Shown in pieces: positions 28,025 to 37,797 of a stretch of DNA of 64,000 bases. The stretch lies in IMG/VR virus record IMGVR_UViG_3300027805_000006. One strand, given 5' to 3'. The notes below the pieces were generated by a model, which was given only the letters and a program-made list of their open reading frames with translations, searched no databases and was not told where the DNA came from. Position 1 is the first letter of the stretch, and every line of letters begins with the position of its first letter. The DNA comes from a virus. Its lineage: Duplodnaviria; Caudoviricetes. Position numbers and translations under genes: made by a program.

Positions 28025-28776
28025 TTTCTTTGTTTTACTACTTTTGTCACTTTTACTGGCACATAAAAGTTGGTATCTCCCAGCATCTTTCTCAGTTTGA
28101 TTAGGTCATTCCAACGTTCTCTAGTATTCTGAGATCCTAGAATTACTATTGTTACCATATTGTAGTTGACTTCCATCACCGTAACTAGACAGCCACCCGC
28201 CCTTTTAATAAATCCTGTCTTTGAAAGGTAGAACTTCCAGCCCTCTTTGTTTAAGAACGGATTGGTGTTTATTCTTTCGCCTATGGTTGTTTTATCCCGA
28301 ACTGAGATGCTTGCGAGTTCTGTTCGATAAAGTTCTCTTGCGCTTTCAGCAATCTTTCTAGCGGTTGATTGGTTCAATTCATCTAGACCACTTCCTTCAA
28401 CGAGCGTAGCATTTGCAACCGATGAAAGTTCAGTAACACGCCCAAGTGCCTTGGCAGCGGCATTGTCAGAAGAAACTAAAGACAATTCAGTAAGTTCTCT
28501 TCGCGTATAAAACTGACCTGCTTTAAGAGGTGTAAATGTTCTTCCACCATTTCTTATATCTTCTTTAGTGACCTCGATCATTTCATTTTGGTCAAGAGAG
28601 GCGCTCTGCTGCGCAACAAACATCTTGGTGATGCTTGCGATAGGGCGAACATCATCGATATTTTTCTGCAGCAGAATATTTCCCTGCATATCCGTCACAA
28701 TAAACGATGATGCAGAAATTGAAAAAGCAGAACTGGAAAATATTAGGCAGAAGAGCCAGAAGATGGCTTTGAACAC
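28018..28776 (-). CDS. peptidase S11 family D-Ala-D-Ala peptidase (PbpG/DacA-like), exported
   Basis: SITK (SxxK), SDN (SxN), KTG motifs; signal peptide. Confidence 0.88.
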   Translation of the reverse strand: MFKAIFWLFCLIFSSSAFSISASSFIVTDMQGNILLQKNIDDVRPIASITKMFVAQQSASLDQNEMIEVTKEDIRNGGRTFTPLKAGQFYTRRELTELSLVSSDNAAAKALGRVTELSSVANATLVEGSGLDELNQSTARKIAESARELYRTELASISVRDKTTIGERINTNPFLNKEGWKFYLSKTGFIKRAGGCLVTVMEVNYNMVTIVILGSQNTRERWNDLIKLRKMLGDTNFYVPVKVTKVVKQRKK

Positions 28777-28916
28777 TTTTCTTGTTGTGGTTTAGACTTT
28801 TCAGTAGAAGAAGGTTCCTGCTTCTTTGCAAAAATTCTTTCCCAGCCAGTTCTATATTGGTCTGTGCTCTGTTTTGTTTTTAAAGCATCACCGGTAATGT
28901 CATTTTTTGCAGTCAT
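28743..28916 (-). CDS. small phage protein (57 aa, MTAKNDITGDALKTK...WERIF)
   Basis: Translated by hand; fills the gap between larger genes. Confidence 0.65.
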   Translation of the reverse strand: MTAKNDITGDALKTKQSTDQYRTGWERIFAKKQEPSSTEKSKPQQEKCSKPSSGSSA

Positions 28917-29673
28917 TCGACTTTACTAGTTTTTCATTGTACTTAAGAAGGGCATTTGTTGCTTCAGGATTTATTCCAACACTTTCTGCCCAAGCACACC
29001 ACGCGTATACATCCTTTGGAATACACTTGCTATTTGCACCTCTTTTATCAGGGTAAACGAATGTCCACCATAAATTCATTCTAGGATCGTCTCCATACAC
29101 TGCGTCGCGTACGGTGTAATAATCAACTCCTGCGGCCTCACACGCGTCATACAGTTCCTGACACTGCATTACTTTGTAGAAAATTGCACGATTTTCACTA
29201 AACTTGATTACTTCTGCTTCAAGTCTAGATACCTGTCTAATTCTAACATTCGCATTATAAACTGTAGCATAGCAATCAATTACTTTACGTCTATCTTCAG
29301 GATCTCCGCCTAAAATCATAAATTGACGGCTGTCCATCTGCAGCATTGGATGTGCAGGGGTTTCTCCCAAATATTCAGGCTGAACAACTATTCTCTTGTT
29401 ATACTTTTTTGCCATCTTGTCTGCAAAGCCAGGTTGAGTTGCAGATCTAATAACAACAAAGTCACAATTACAGTTTGCAATTGCATCTTCTACAGCAGAA
29501 CAATCAAGTTCTGGACCACCAGTCCAGGGCGTAGGAACAGCCAAAAAGCAAATATCACAATTTTCTAGCGGTCTAGAATATTCATCAATAAACTTATCAT
29601 AAATCTGTGCATGTGGAAAAAGCCGTTCTGTTGCTTTACCAATCCATCCATAACCAACAATTCCTACTTTCAT
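28900..29673 (-). CDS. UDP-glucose/GDP-mannose dehydrogenase-family protein
   Basis: GIVGYGWIG, FLAVPTP, QPEYLGE, EVIKFSEN, SKCIPKD. Confidence 0.85.
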   Translation of the reverse strand: MKVGIVGYGWIGKATERLFPHAQIYDKFIDEYSRPLENCDICFLAVPTPWTGGPELDCSAVEDAIANCNCDFVVIRSATQPGFADKMAKKYNKRIVVQPEYLGETPAHPMLQMDSRQFMILGGDPEDRRKVIDCYATVYNANVRIRQVSRLEAEVIKFSENRAIFYKVMQCQELYDACEAAGVDYYTVRDAVYGDDPRMNLWWTFVYPDKRGANSKCIPKDVYAWCAWAESVGINPEATNALLKYNEKLVKSNDCKK

Positions 29674-29694
29674 AGTGGTAACCTATCTATGTGT

Positions 29695-30999
29695 TTATTT
29701 TTTGGGTGAAAAACCGATTTTTTCTCCAGGAACAAATGGAAAATTATTCTTTTCAAGATATTCATGAAGAACGCTTTTATATTTACTATTCTTAACTGAG
29801 GCTTTCAACCATAAAAATTCCTGTACGAGAGCAGTATCTAAAAATGGATATCGCGTTTCTATTCCATAATGACCCGCAACATATTCCTCTTTGTTTAGAT
29901 ATTGAATTTGCGTTCCATCCCAAAAACTGTGCCAAGGAAAAAAGCCTTCCAAACGCTCTGGAAATAATCCGCCAAATGAACTATGATCATATATTTTTCT
30001 GCCCGCAAAACCATAATCGCTAATAATTTCATCAGCACCTTGTCCAGAAAAATATATTCTCCTCTTTTCATTATTTGCTCTTGTACAAATTGCTGCTAGA
30101 CCAACTGATGCATTGTCCGCTTTTATGTCATAGTCCTTAAACCTATCTTTATACTTAAAGTCTTCACAGTATGACATTAATTCAGAAAGATGAAAATTGT
30201 ATTCTTCCCTACTTATATCAATTAATTCTGTATCCTCTAAAATATGAGTTCTTTGTTCAAGTATATTCATATTTTCTTTATTGATAATAGAATATGCTTT
30301 AAATGGAACTTTTTGTTTATGAAGTTCACAAGATATTGCACCGCTATCATAACCAGAACTTAATCCCAAGAACATAGTGTACGGGGTATTTGCTGTTCTT
30401 TTTCTGATACTTTCTGAAAAAGCAACTAACCAGTCATCACAATTTGACTTGTGCTGATTTAAATCAAAAGAAATATTTTTTATTTCTTGCTTTAACCTAA
30501 GGGTTTTTAAATCATAGATCCTCGTGGTATTAGCGCTTAACTTTTTTGAATTTTCAAATCCAAGTCCAGTTAATTGACTTTGATAAGAAGAAACACCAAA
30601 GTGATCTTGGTCAAAAGCATACCATAATGGTTTACAGGAAAAAGTATCTGTCGCTATCAACACTATATTATTTGTAAAGTCTATTAAACAAAGAGCAAAT
30701 TCACCATCGAGGTGTTTTACGAACGAAATACCCTTATCTTTGTACTGATCAATTATGCAAAATCCATCACTCTTATAATCACCAAATTTTTTATAATTGT
30801 ATATCTCGCCATTAAACACACATACTATATCACCATCAATGAATGGTTGCGGGGTAATTTCTCCGGTAATATGCAGAAGATTGTGCAGAAATTCTACATT
30901 GTTTACAACTTTTACAGAAGTTAAATCTGGCCCCCGCTTTATGCAGAAGCGATTTGTCTTTTCAAGACCGATCTTATTCGTTACTCCAAAACCACACAT
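29695..30999 (-). CDS. glutamine-dependent amidotransferase, asparagine synthase family
   Basis: N-terminal MCG, FNGEIYN, GLSSGYDS, SGQGADEI, ETRYPFLD. Confidence 0.88.
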   Translation of the reverse strand: MCGFGVTNKIGLEKTNRFCIKRGPDLTSVKVVNNVEFLHNLLHITGEITPQPFIDGDIVCVFNGEIYNYKKFGDYKSDGFCIIDQYKDKGISFVKHLDGEFALCLIDFTNNIVLIATDTFSCKPLWYAFDQDHFGVSSYQSQLTGLGFENSKKLSANTTRIYDLKTLRLKQEIKNISFDLNQHKSNCDDWLVAFSESIRKRTANTPYTMFLGLSSGYDSGAISCELHKQKVPFKAYSIINKENMNILEQRTHILEDTELIDISREEYNFHLSELMSYCEDFKYKDRFKDYDIKADNASVGLAAICTRANNEKRRIYFSGQGADEIISDYGFAGRKIYDHSSFGGLFPERLEGFFPWHSFWDGTQIQYLNKEEYVAGHYGIETRYPFLDTALVQEFLWLKASVKNSKYKSVLHEYLEKNNFPFVPGEKIGFSPKK

Positions 31000-31006
31000 A
31001 TTTTTC

Positions 31007-31957
31007 CTAATAACAACCTGAATAGATTTTATGTCTACTCAACGTGTTCTCAAGTTCATTAATAACAAAAGGTTTGAAATCATCTGTAGAAAAATCTAAC
31101 ATTTTTCCAGCAATTTTTTGACCTTCACCACTTAAAAAACCGCCTAACGGGAAAAAGGTAAGTTCACCCACAAAAATTCTAGAATGTGTTTGGTACATAT
31201 CAACACGCAAATACTTCCAACCGGCTGAAAGTTTTTCCGCAATATCCTTCATTTCTTCCCACTTGTGTGGAATATTAAATTCATTTGTTCTGCCAAGAAG
31301 TGTATTGAAATGAAAATCCAGATTTTTTCCGTTAATATCTACGTTTATTTCCTTTGATACCGAGTTACCTCTTCCTTCAATATATTGAATCCATTTTATT
31401 TTACCATTCACACAGTGAAATTTAAAATCAGCAGGTGGGATATTTGAAACAGGTCCGATATATTCTTCTGCGAATATCTGTGGTTGAATGTAAGAATACA
31501 TCCATTCTCCATATTTCCAACCATACGCAAGGTTTATTGCCTGTTCAAGTTGACTTTTTATGCTTGATAAATTGAACATACTTCCGTCTTTAATTAAAAA
31601 AACGGTGCCTGAATTATTATTAACTTTTAAAACATAAGACGTTGGTAGGTTACAATTAGCAATTTCACTTGCCCTTTTAAATTTTGCAAAAATTGTTGGG
31701 GTAAAACCTGCACCAATTCTGGTTTCAATATAGTGTCTAACAACAACTTTATCAGATAGACTTACGTGAAGTTTAGACTGATCAAATAATTTTAACCACT
31801 GTATTTTAGAATTAAAATCTTGAGGTTTAACTAAATCGGGAAAGCATTTTAGTTTTGAGAAATAGAAAGTATGAATATTTTCATATATTTCCTGAATTTC
31901 GCCAGTTAATGGTACAATTTTACTATCTTCTTGCCATTTTTCTTTAAGTTTAGTCAT
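31007..31957 (-). CDS. TupA-like ATP-grasp enzyme
   Basis: FNSKIQWLKL, LSDKVVVRHYI, YVLKVNN.SG, DFKFHC.NG, LRVDMY, GELTFFP.GG. Confidence 0.85.
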   Translation of the reverse strand: MTKLKEKWQEDSKIVPLTGEIQEIYENIHTFYFSKLKCFPDLVKPQDFNSKIQWLKLFDQSKLHVSLSDKVVVRHYIETRIGAGFTPTIFAKFKRASEIANCNLPTSYVLKVNNNSGTVFLIKDGSMFNLSSIKSQLEQAINLAYGWKYGEWMYSYIQPQIFAEEYIGPVSNIPPADFKFHCVNGKIKWIQYIEGRGNSVSKEINVDINGKNLDFHFNTLLGRTNEFNIPHKWEEMKDIAEKLSAGWKYLRVDMYQTHSRIFVGELTFFPLGGFLSGEGQKIAGKMLDFSTDDFKPFVINELENTLSRHKIYSGCY

Positions 31958-31958
31958 A

Positions 31959-32762
31959 TCAATTCTTTTTCAGAATCATTATGAAATTACCACCCTCATT
32001 CCAATCTTTAAAATAGACGGAAGAAAAATCTGGCAAGAATGAAACAAGTTGCTTGGGGTCACAAACTTCATATGGTAGACCGCCAAGCCAATCAAGAGCA
32101 TCATGAAAAATATTCATCCCTCTTTCATCAGTATCTTTTGACAAAATATTTCTACCATGATTTCTGAGCATATATTCATAAAGCATTTTGATCTTATCAT
32201 CACGATCCAAAGATGCGAATTTTTGTTTCTCTGCTAGATGTCTTGGGAAACTCGGGCCGGAACGATAAAGCGCTATATGAAAATAACCACCTGACTTTAC
32301 ATAAGCAGCGGCGTTTTTAATTGCTTTCCACATATCACCAGTATGATGTAGAACACCCCAAGAATAAACAAAATCATGTTGCTGAATTTCTGTTTGCTCT
32401 AAAATAGAAGCCTTTTTAATTTCCCAGTCAATTTCATTAAAGAAGAACTTTTGTTTTGTTAATGCCGTAGCCTGCACAGAATATTCATCAATATCAAATG
32501 ATGTTAACTTTGAAGCACCTAATTTAGCAAAAGACAAAGATGACAAACCTGAACCACAACCAATATCTAAAACGCTCTTCCCTTGAATATCGATATTTAT
32601 CGATGAATATAGTCGTTCAAGATTTTGTTTATGTTTTTCTATAATTTCTTCATTAAGTCGTGTTTTGACGTAATCAAACCAATTAAACCCAAACGAAAAA
32701 TTTCCACTCTCATTTAAGTTATTAAGATGCTCTTTGAACTGATCTAATGTTACGATTGACAT
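31959..32762 (-). CDS. class I SAM-dependent methyltransferase
   Basis: VLDIGCGSG, VYSWGVLHHTG. Confidence 0.9.
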   Translation of the reverse strand: MSIVTLDQFKEHLNNLNESGNFSFGFNWFDYVKTRLNEEIIEKHKQNLERLYSSINIDIQGKSVLDIGCGSGLSSLSFAKLGASKLTSFDIDEYSVQATALTKQKFFFNEIDWEIKKASILEQTEIQQHDFVYSWGVLHHTGDMWKAIKNAAAYVKSGGYFHIALYRSGPSFPRHLAEKQKFASLDRDDKIKMLYEYMLRNHGRNILSKDTDERGMNIFHDALDWLGGLPYEVCDPKQLVSFLPDFSSVYFKDWNEGGNFIMILKKN

Positions 32763-32771
32763 ATTATTTCC

Positions 32772-33485
32772 TTATTTCCAGTTATCTTTTACCCAGCTAA
32801 CAGATGAGTGCCAAGGTTTATGATTACCATTGAATTGAATTATTTTTGCGTTAGCAGGATTTTTACCGTCATATCTGTTAAACAAGTAAATCCCATCTTC
32901 GTGTTTAAACTTCTCTTCTTTTTTAAAAAGTTTATAACTTATCCATGCCTGATCACTTCCTCTAAAACCTGCGCCTCGAGCGTCAGAAATTGCCTTTTTT
33001 GGATCTTTTACAAAATCATCCCACACTTGCGTTCTTGATCCAGTTCTAAGTTGCCATAGACAACCAACGAAAAAATTAGAACCCCAAGAATTTGAACCAC
33101 CAGGCGCCTGCCACCCAACAAAATCTGAATTTTTATTAAACACAGAGTCAACATTGTTAACAAGCACTATATCTAGATCAGTAAGAAAAATTCTGCTGCC
33201 TAATACTCTTGCCTGTTCGCTAAAGAGCCACAATCTTCTATAGCACGTTGGAAAACCATTTCCTTCTGGTGTTTGCAGATCATTTAATTTTCTAGCTTCA
33301 TCTGGAGTAGGTAATATTATCACATTTGATGTAAATGAAGAAGCAGGTTCATCGGTTATGCAAACAATTTGATGTGGTATAGTCAAGTGCCTTTTAAACA
33401 TTGACGTCAAGACATCAACATACTCTGGTTTATATGTATAGGAAAGTTTTGAATTTTTCCATAGCCAGCAAACTATAGTTATCAT
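32772..33485 (-). CDS. putative glycosyltransferase (GT-A-like)
   Basis: DLDIV DxD motif, SDQAWIS, FNGNHKPW. Confidence 0.75.
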   Translation of the reverse strand: MITIVCWLWKNSKLSYTYKPEYVDVLTSMFKRHLTIPHQIVCITDEPASSFTSNVIILPTPDEARKLNDLQTPEGNGFPTCYRRLWLFSEQARVLGSRIFLTDLDIVLVNNVDSVFNKNSDFVGWQAPGGSNSWGSNFFVGCLWQLRTGSRTQVWDDFVKDPKKAISDARGAGFRGSDQAWISYKLFKKEEKFKHEDGIYLFNRYDGKNPANAKIIQFNGNHKPWHSSVSWVKDNWK

Positions 33486-34181
33486 TTATTTCAACAATTT
33501 TGAAATTAGCGAATTAGGAGGGAATTTTCCAGAAATATCTACACCTGCCCTTTTCCATGTTTCATTGTAAAGATGTACAAATCTTGTATTTGCCGGAATT
33601 TCACCATCAGCAATAAACTTCGCTGGACTTTCTTGCCAACCTATTGGATTTGCAAATTCAGGAGCAAATACTGTAAAGCCGTGATTCGGATTCATTGTTA
33701 CGAGACCTGTCAAAAGCCAAGGACCAATTTCTGACCAAGTAATTTTATCCTTTGGGAATTTTTCTGTATATGCTAATGCTAGACTTATCAAATTTCCTTC
33801 AGATGGTGTAGGATTAAAAAGAACATTTCCGTTAATCTGAACCGCATTACCATTTTTTTCAGTTACTAAAAACGGTGTGGTGGGAAGTTTATCAGGAGAT
33901 ACTAAACAAACGACATCGGTGTCTGAATATAAACCGCCAATTTTATCCAATACAACATATCTAAAGAGATCTGAAAAGCCAGCATATGATCCTTGTTTAT
34001 TAAGAAAGATCTTGTCTTCTGACAGCATTTCTCTTGCATCTCTAACCATACTAGAAGGTAAGTCCTGTATTGTTCCATATGTCCATACATTACAATCATA
34101 CCCTTTTTCAGCAAATGACAGAATACATTTGCTGAAAGCAGTTCCTACATTTCCATATGCCCAGAAAAAATGTGTTTTCAT
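33486..34181 (-). CDS. glycosyltransferase with DxD sugar-binding region (GT32-like)
   Basis: FSDLFRY.VL...GGLYSDTDV, IGPWLLT. Confidence 0.85.
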   Translation of the reverse strand: MKTHFFWAYGNVGTAFSKCILSFAEKGYDCNVWTYGTIQDLPSSMVRDAREMLSEDKIFLNKQGSYAGFSDLFRYVVLDKIGGLYSDTDVVCLVSPDKLPTTPFLVTEKNGNAVQINGNVLFNPTPSEGNLISLALAYTEKFPKDKITWSEIGPWLLTGLVTMNPNHGFTVFAPEFANPIGWQESPAKFIADGEIPANTRFVHLYNETWKRAGVDISGKFPPNSLISKLLK

Positions 34182-34182
34182 A

Positions 34183-35655
34183 TTACTTCCAATTTTCCTT
34201 TATCCACGGATAGTTAAGAGACCAGGGTTTATCTGGTCCATTAAACTGAATCAATTTTGCATTTGCCGGTATTTTTGTTTTATGGTCAAGAATTGAATAA
34301 ATTCCATCTTCACCAGAGAACATCTTTTCTTTGCCATACAGATTATAACTTATCCATGCTTGGTCACTACCTCTGAAACCAGCGCTGCGAGCATCTGAAA
34401 TTGCTTTTTCTGGATTAGTAATAAAATTGTCCCATAGGTGCGTTCTGGTGCCTGTTCTGTGAAGCCACAAACAGCCGATAAAATAGTTTGTGCCCCAAGC
34501 CCAAGGAGTTGGATTTTGCCAACCGACAAAGTCATCTGTGTAACCAACTATATGATCAATATTTCCAGTAATAACGAAGTCAATATCAATCATCAGAATT
34601 TTACTTCCCAGTGATTTAGCCTCTTCACTAAACAGCCACAATCTTCTGTAGCACGATGGTTTTTCTTTACCTTCAGGCGTTTTTACAGAAAGAAAAGGCT
34701 TAACAGATTCTGGTATTGGAATAACTTTTACATCAGAATTGAATCCAGAAGCATCTATATCAGTAATACACACTAACTGATGTGGTACAGTTAAATTTCT
34801 ACTTAGCATTGAAGCCAAGGTATTAACGTATTCTGGCTTAAAAGCATATGGTAAATTAGGATCATTCCATAACCAACACACAACAGTTACCGGTTCTTTA
34901 GATTCTGATCTCATAGCAATCTCTTGTTTTTTTGCTGCCTTGTTCTTCTCCTGTTCAACGAGAATTCTTTTATACGCCTCATATGGAATTGCGCGTGTTT
35001 CATTGTTGATGGTAATGAAGATTTTAGACATTGGTGGTGGCTCTTCGCCAATACCAATATAGTGATTTGCAAAAGTCGTAACGTAATTTACGGTTGCTCT
35101 AATGCTTCTTCCGCGTGGTACCTTCGCCTTAACAATGAAATCCCAAAGCGCACGGTCTCCAAACATTGCCTGCTTCTTTGTTTTGAACAACCACAGGCGA
35201 AGGAACGTAAATGCCTGAGCAATGAAAAGGTAGCAGTTCGTGTCACAGAAATTTTCACCATCCGATTCATCATCTACCCGCATAAACAGGTTATTGGGTC
35301 GGTATAGGTTTCGAGCACAGGTGATGACAGGAGCACCGGTCCGCTTTTGTGCGGCAATCATTTCTTCGAGGTGATCCGGATCGTACCAGCAGTCGGCATC
35401 CAGGAAGCAGATAGCATCATAGCCCTGGATTGATGCGATTGCAGCACCAATACCACGAGGTGTATCACCATAGTCACCGCTGTTAGGGATCTTAATGTGG
35501 TCGCAGTCCCACGTATCCACGTCAGCATTCGGGTGACCGTCAGATACAATTATGTGACGAACCTCCTTGTGTGTCTGGTTTAAAACGCTGCGGTGGCACT
35601 GCAGTAGTTGCTTGGTTGTTTCCTTGTAGTAAGGGGTGATTACTGCTACTCTCAC
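34183..35655 (-). CDS. two-domain glycosyltransferase (GT2 fused to a paralog of 32772..33485)
   Basis: VAVITPYY, FLDADC; C-terminal half repeats VCWLW...CYRRLWLFSE...RGSDQAWISY. Confidence 0.85.
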   Translation of the reverse strand: MRVAVITPYYKETTKQLLQCHRSVLNQTHKEVRHIIVSDGHPNADVDTWDCDHIKIPNSGDYGDTPRGIGAAIASIQGYDAICFLDADCWYDPDHLEEMIAAQKRTGAPVITCARNLYRPNNLFMRVDDESDGENFCDTNCYLFIAQAFTFLRLWLFKTKKQAMFGDRALWDFIVKAKVPRGRSIRATVNYVTTFANHYIGIGEEPPPMSKIFITINNETRAIPYEAYKRILVEQEKNKAAKKQEIAMRSESKEPVTVVCWLWNDPNLPYAFKPEYVNTLASMLSRNLTVPHQLVCITDIDASGFNSDVKVIPIPESVKPFLSVKTPEGKEKPSCYRRLWLFSEEAKSLGSKILMIDIDFVITGNIDHIVGYTDDFVGWQNPTPWAWGTNYFIGCLWLHRTGTRTHLWDNFITNPEKAISDARSAGFRGSDQAWISYNLYGKEKMFSGEDGIYSILDHKTKIPANAKLIQFNGPDKPWSLNYPWIKENWK

Positions 35656-36803
35656 TCTGTTCTCTCTTCCTTTGAAGTTTCTGGTTTTACGGCACTTTCA
35701 GCAGCCTGACCAAATTTTGACTTGAACACCCCCAAATTTTTCTTCAGGCGCTCAATGGTTTCTGGCTTTTCGCTGTGCTTAAGAGCAGTCTCAAGCGCTA
35801 GTTCTCCATACTTCAGAGCATCTTCCTTGAAGCCAATGAAGTGCGCACCGACAGCAGCGTAGTCATAGGGGCCAAAGCCCCAGGCGGTAGGATCAGCAAT
35901 GTACCTCTCGCCCTGCTTTCCGTTTGAGAGCGCGTTTGTGGCGGCGAAGTAAAGCGTTCGATAGTCCTTTGAGGTGTGGGCAACATTTGCCAGTTCCCAC
36001 CAGGGTTCTCTTTCAAAAGGAGTTTCAGCGCAAGCCTTTAGCGCCCATACTCGTGCCTCATAGAAGTTCTTGAGGCGAAGATTGCTTCGCGCAATGTAAC
36101 GCATAGAAGCGGCTCGCTCAACGTCCCATATTGCAGATGGAAGGGTAAGGTGACGCTTAAGTTCAGCAATCGCCTCTTCATTCTTCCCGTACAACATATA
36201 CTCTCTTCCGAGGTAGTGACTATTACGGTCATTCTCGGGTGTTTCTTTTACTGCAAGTTCAAGCAGCGGCAGGTATGATTTGCGGCTCTTCGTATTATCA
36301 GGATAGTGATGAACCTCAAGTGTCTCACAGCGAGTAACATAAGGATCCATTCCGGTAACTTCAATGATTTCATGAACTGGGTGGATCCAGCGAACATTGT
36401 GACGCTGGTGGATCTTGCTTATCCAGAAACTAACTGCGGCAGAACCATCGGAGTTGTGGCTCCAGATGTAGTTGTAGTGGAGGTTGGTAGTTTTTTCTGT
36501 CCAGGTTTTCTCTACTGCGGCTCTCCAACCTGGTGTAATAACCTCGTCGATATCAATACAGACGCAGATATCAACATCTTCAGGAACCATTTGCAGCGAT
36601 AGGTTTCTAGCAACATCAAAGCGCCAGGGATCCACGATTTTGGTCTGAACAATGGCTCCTAAGCCTTCAAGTAGTTCTACAGTTTTATCAGTGGATCCAG
36701 TATCAAGCACATAAACTGCGTCTGCTTCACCCTTAACGGAGTTCATAAAGCGCTCAACGTGCTTTTCTTCATTCTTTGCGATTGTGTATATAATTACTTT
36801 CAT
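35652..36803 (-). CDS. GT2 glycosyltransferase with TPR-like tail
   Basis: IAKNEE, VLDTGSTD, FDVARN, IDIDE, HPVHE, YLGREY. Confidence 0.88.
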   Translation of the reverse strand: MKVIIYTIAKNEEKHVERFMNSVKGEADAVYVLDTGSTDKTVELLEGLGAIVQTKIVDPWRFDVARNLSLQMVPEDVDICVCIDIDEVITPGWRAAVEKTWTEKTTNLHYNYIWSHNSDGSAAVSFWISKIHQRHNVRWIHPVHEIIEVTGMDPYVTRCETLEVHHYPDNTKSRKSYLPLLELAVKETPENDRNSHYLGREYMLYGKNEEAIAELKRHLTLPSAIWDVERAASMRYIARSNLRLKNFYEARVWALKACAETPFEREPWWELANVAHTSKDYRTLYFAATNALSNGKQGERYIADPTAWGFGPYDYAAVGAHFIGFKEDALKYGELALETALKHSEKPETIERLKKNLGVFKSKFGQAAESAVKPETSKEERTE

Positions 36804-36843
36804 CTTTTATATCTGTATAAGAATACTGGTGCTATAGCACCAG

Positions 36844-36849
36844 TATTTA
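36844..36849 (-). promoter_or_regulatory. late TAAATA motif heading the glycosylation operon
   Basis: About 40 nt before ATG 36803. Confidence 0.55.
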
Positions 36850-36869
36850 GTGTTTCTAATAACCTGTTT

Positions 36870-37160
36870 TTACCTAACCTTCAGGTGCCAAAACGCCTCA
36901 ACAATTCTTTTTTCCTTTTCCTGAAGCGGAATAGGTGCATTTGAATGTGCGTTGCTCCATGCTCTAATTTTTTCATTTAGCACAGTAACTGCCTGACTGT
37001 TCCATGTGACTGTACGGTGATAGTTCAGGTCGTGTAGAAGTTGCTCATATACTTCTACTTTTTGTTTCAGCGTTGGCTTCTTAGACTGATTGATCACTGG
37101 CTGCCTTTTTACGTTCTTCGTACGTGGTGTTGATGATTTGCGAACTGCCTGCATCTTCAT
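36870..37160 (-). CDS. hypothetical protein
   Basis: ORF track; true start may be internal. Confidence 0.6.
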   Translation of the reverse strand: MKMQAVRKSSTPRTKNVKRQPVINQSKKPTLKQKVEVYEQLLHDLNYHRTVTWNSQAVTVLNEKIRAWSNAHSNAPIPLQEKEKRIVEAFWHLKVR

Positions 37161-37338
37161 TTATCTCAAATCGAAGCACATCACCAGCCTGCCAATCTGA
37201 TTCTTCGAGCCACTTGTCGCTAAAGGAAATAATTAAATCTCCGTTACTTGCTTCATGCATTTGGATGTCATTGCCATCAGGGTCATGCTGAGGAATATCA
37301 TCTCCGCATTTGTCAAGTGATAAATGAAAAGTTTTCAT
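37081..37338 (-). CDS. AbrB/MazE-like small DNA-binding protein
   Basis: GDLIISFSDKWLEESDWQAGDVLRFEI pattern. Confidence 0.55.
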   Translation of the reverse strand: MKTFHLSLDKCGDDIPQHDPDGNDIQMHEASNGDLIISFSDKWLEESDWQAGDVLRFEINEDAGSSQIINTTYEERKKAASDQSV

Positions 37339-37425
37339 CTTATTTCCTTCTATAAGTATAGATGTATTTTATTTCTATAGTAAGCAGCGCCAAATAAAAA
37401 TTAAGGTTGAGTGTACATTTTCAAT

Positions 37426-37797
37426 CTACCAGCGATCAATGAATAGCCTCCAATGATCTGCGTGTTTTTTAAGAAATACTTTTTTGTTCTCAATTAGTTT
37501 AGGTTCAACTTTAGAAGTTGCTTTCTTCTGGCTTTGGGTATATACTATCCAAAGATCGCGGCCGGTGTGGCCCAAATACTTAGATTCTAAAAGATCACCA
37601 GCGTAGCGCCAGCTAAACTCACTGTCAATCTCTATGATCTCTTCAGGTGGTATGTCGGCTATCTCTTCAGAGGCTCGCAATAAATTTGTATTTGATTTAA
37701 ACCAGACCTGTACAGTTTTTTGCTTATCAAGAAGCTTATTAAGCAGCGTACTTAATAATTCTGTTTCGTCAGAATGATTTATTTCATCGAGTCTCAT
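37426..37797 (-). CDS. hypothetical protein, one copy of a repeated module
   Basis: TLLNKLLDKQKTVQV. Confidence 0.7.
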   Translation of the reverse strand: MRLDEINHSDETELLSTLLNKLLDKQKTVQVWFKSNTNLLRASEEIADIPPEEIIEIDSEFSWRYAGDLLESKYLGHTGRDLWIVYTQSQKKATSKVEPKLIENKKVFLKKHADHWRLFIDRW

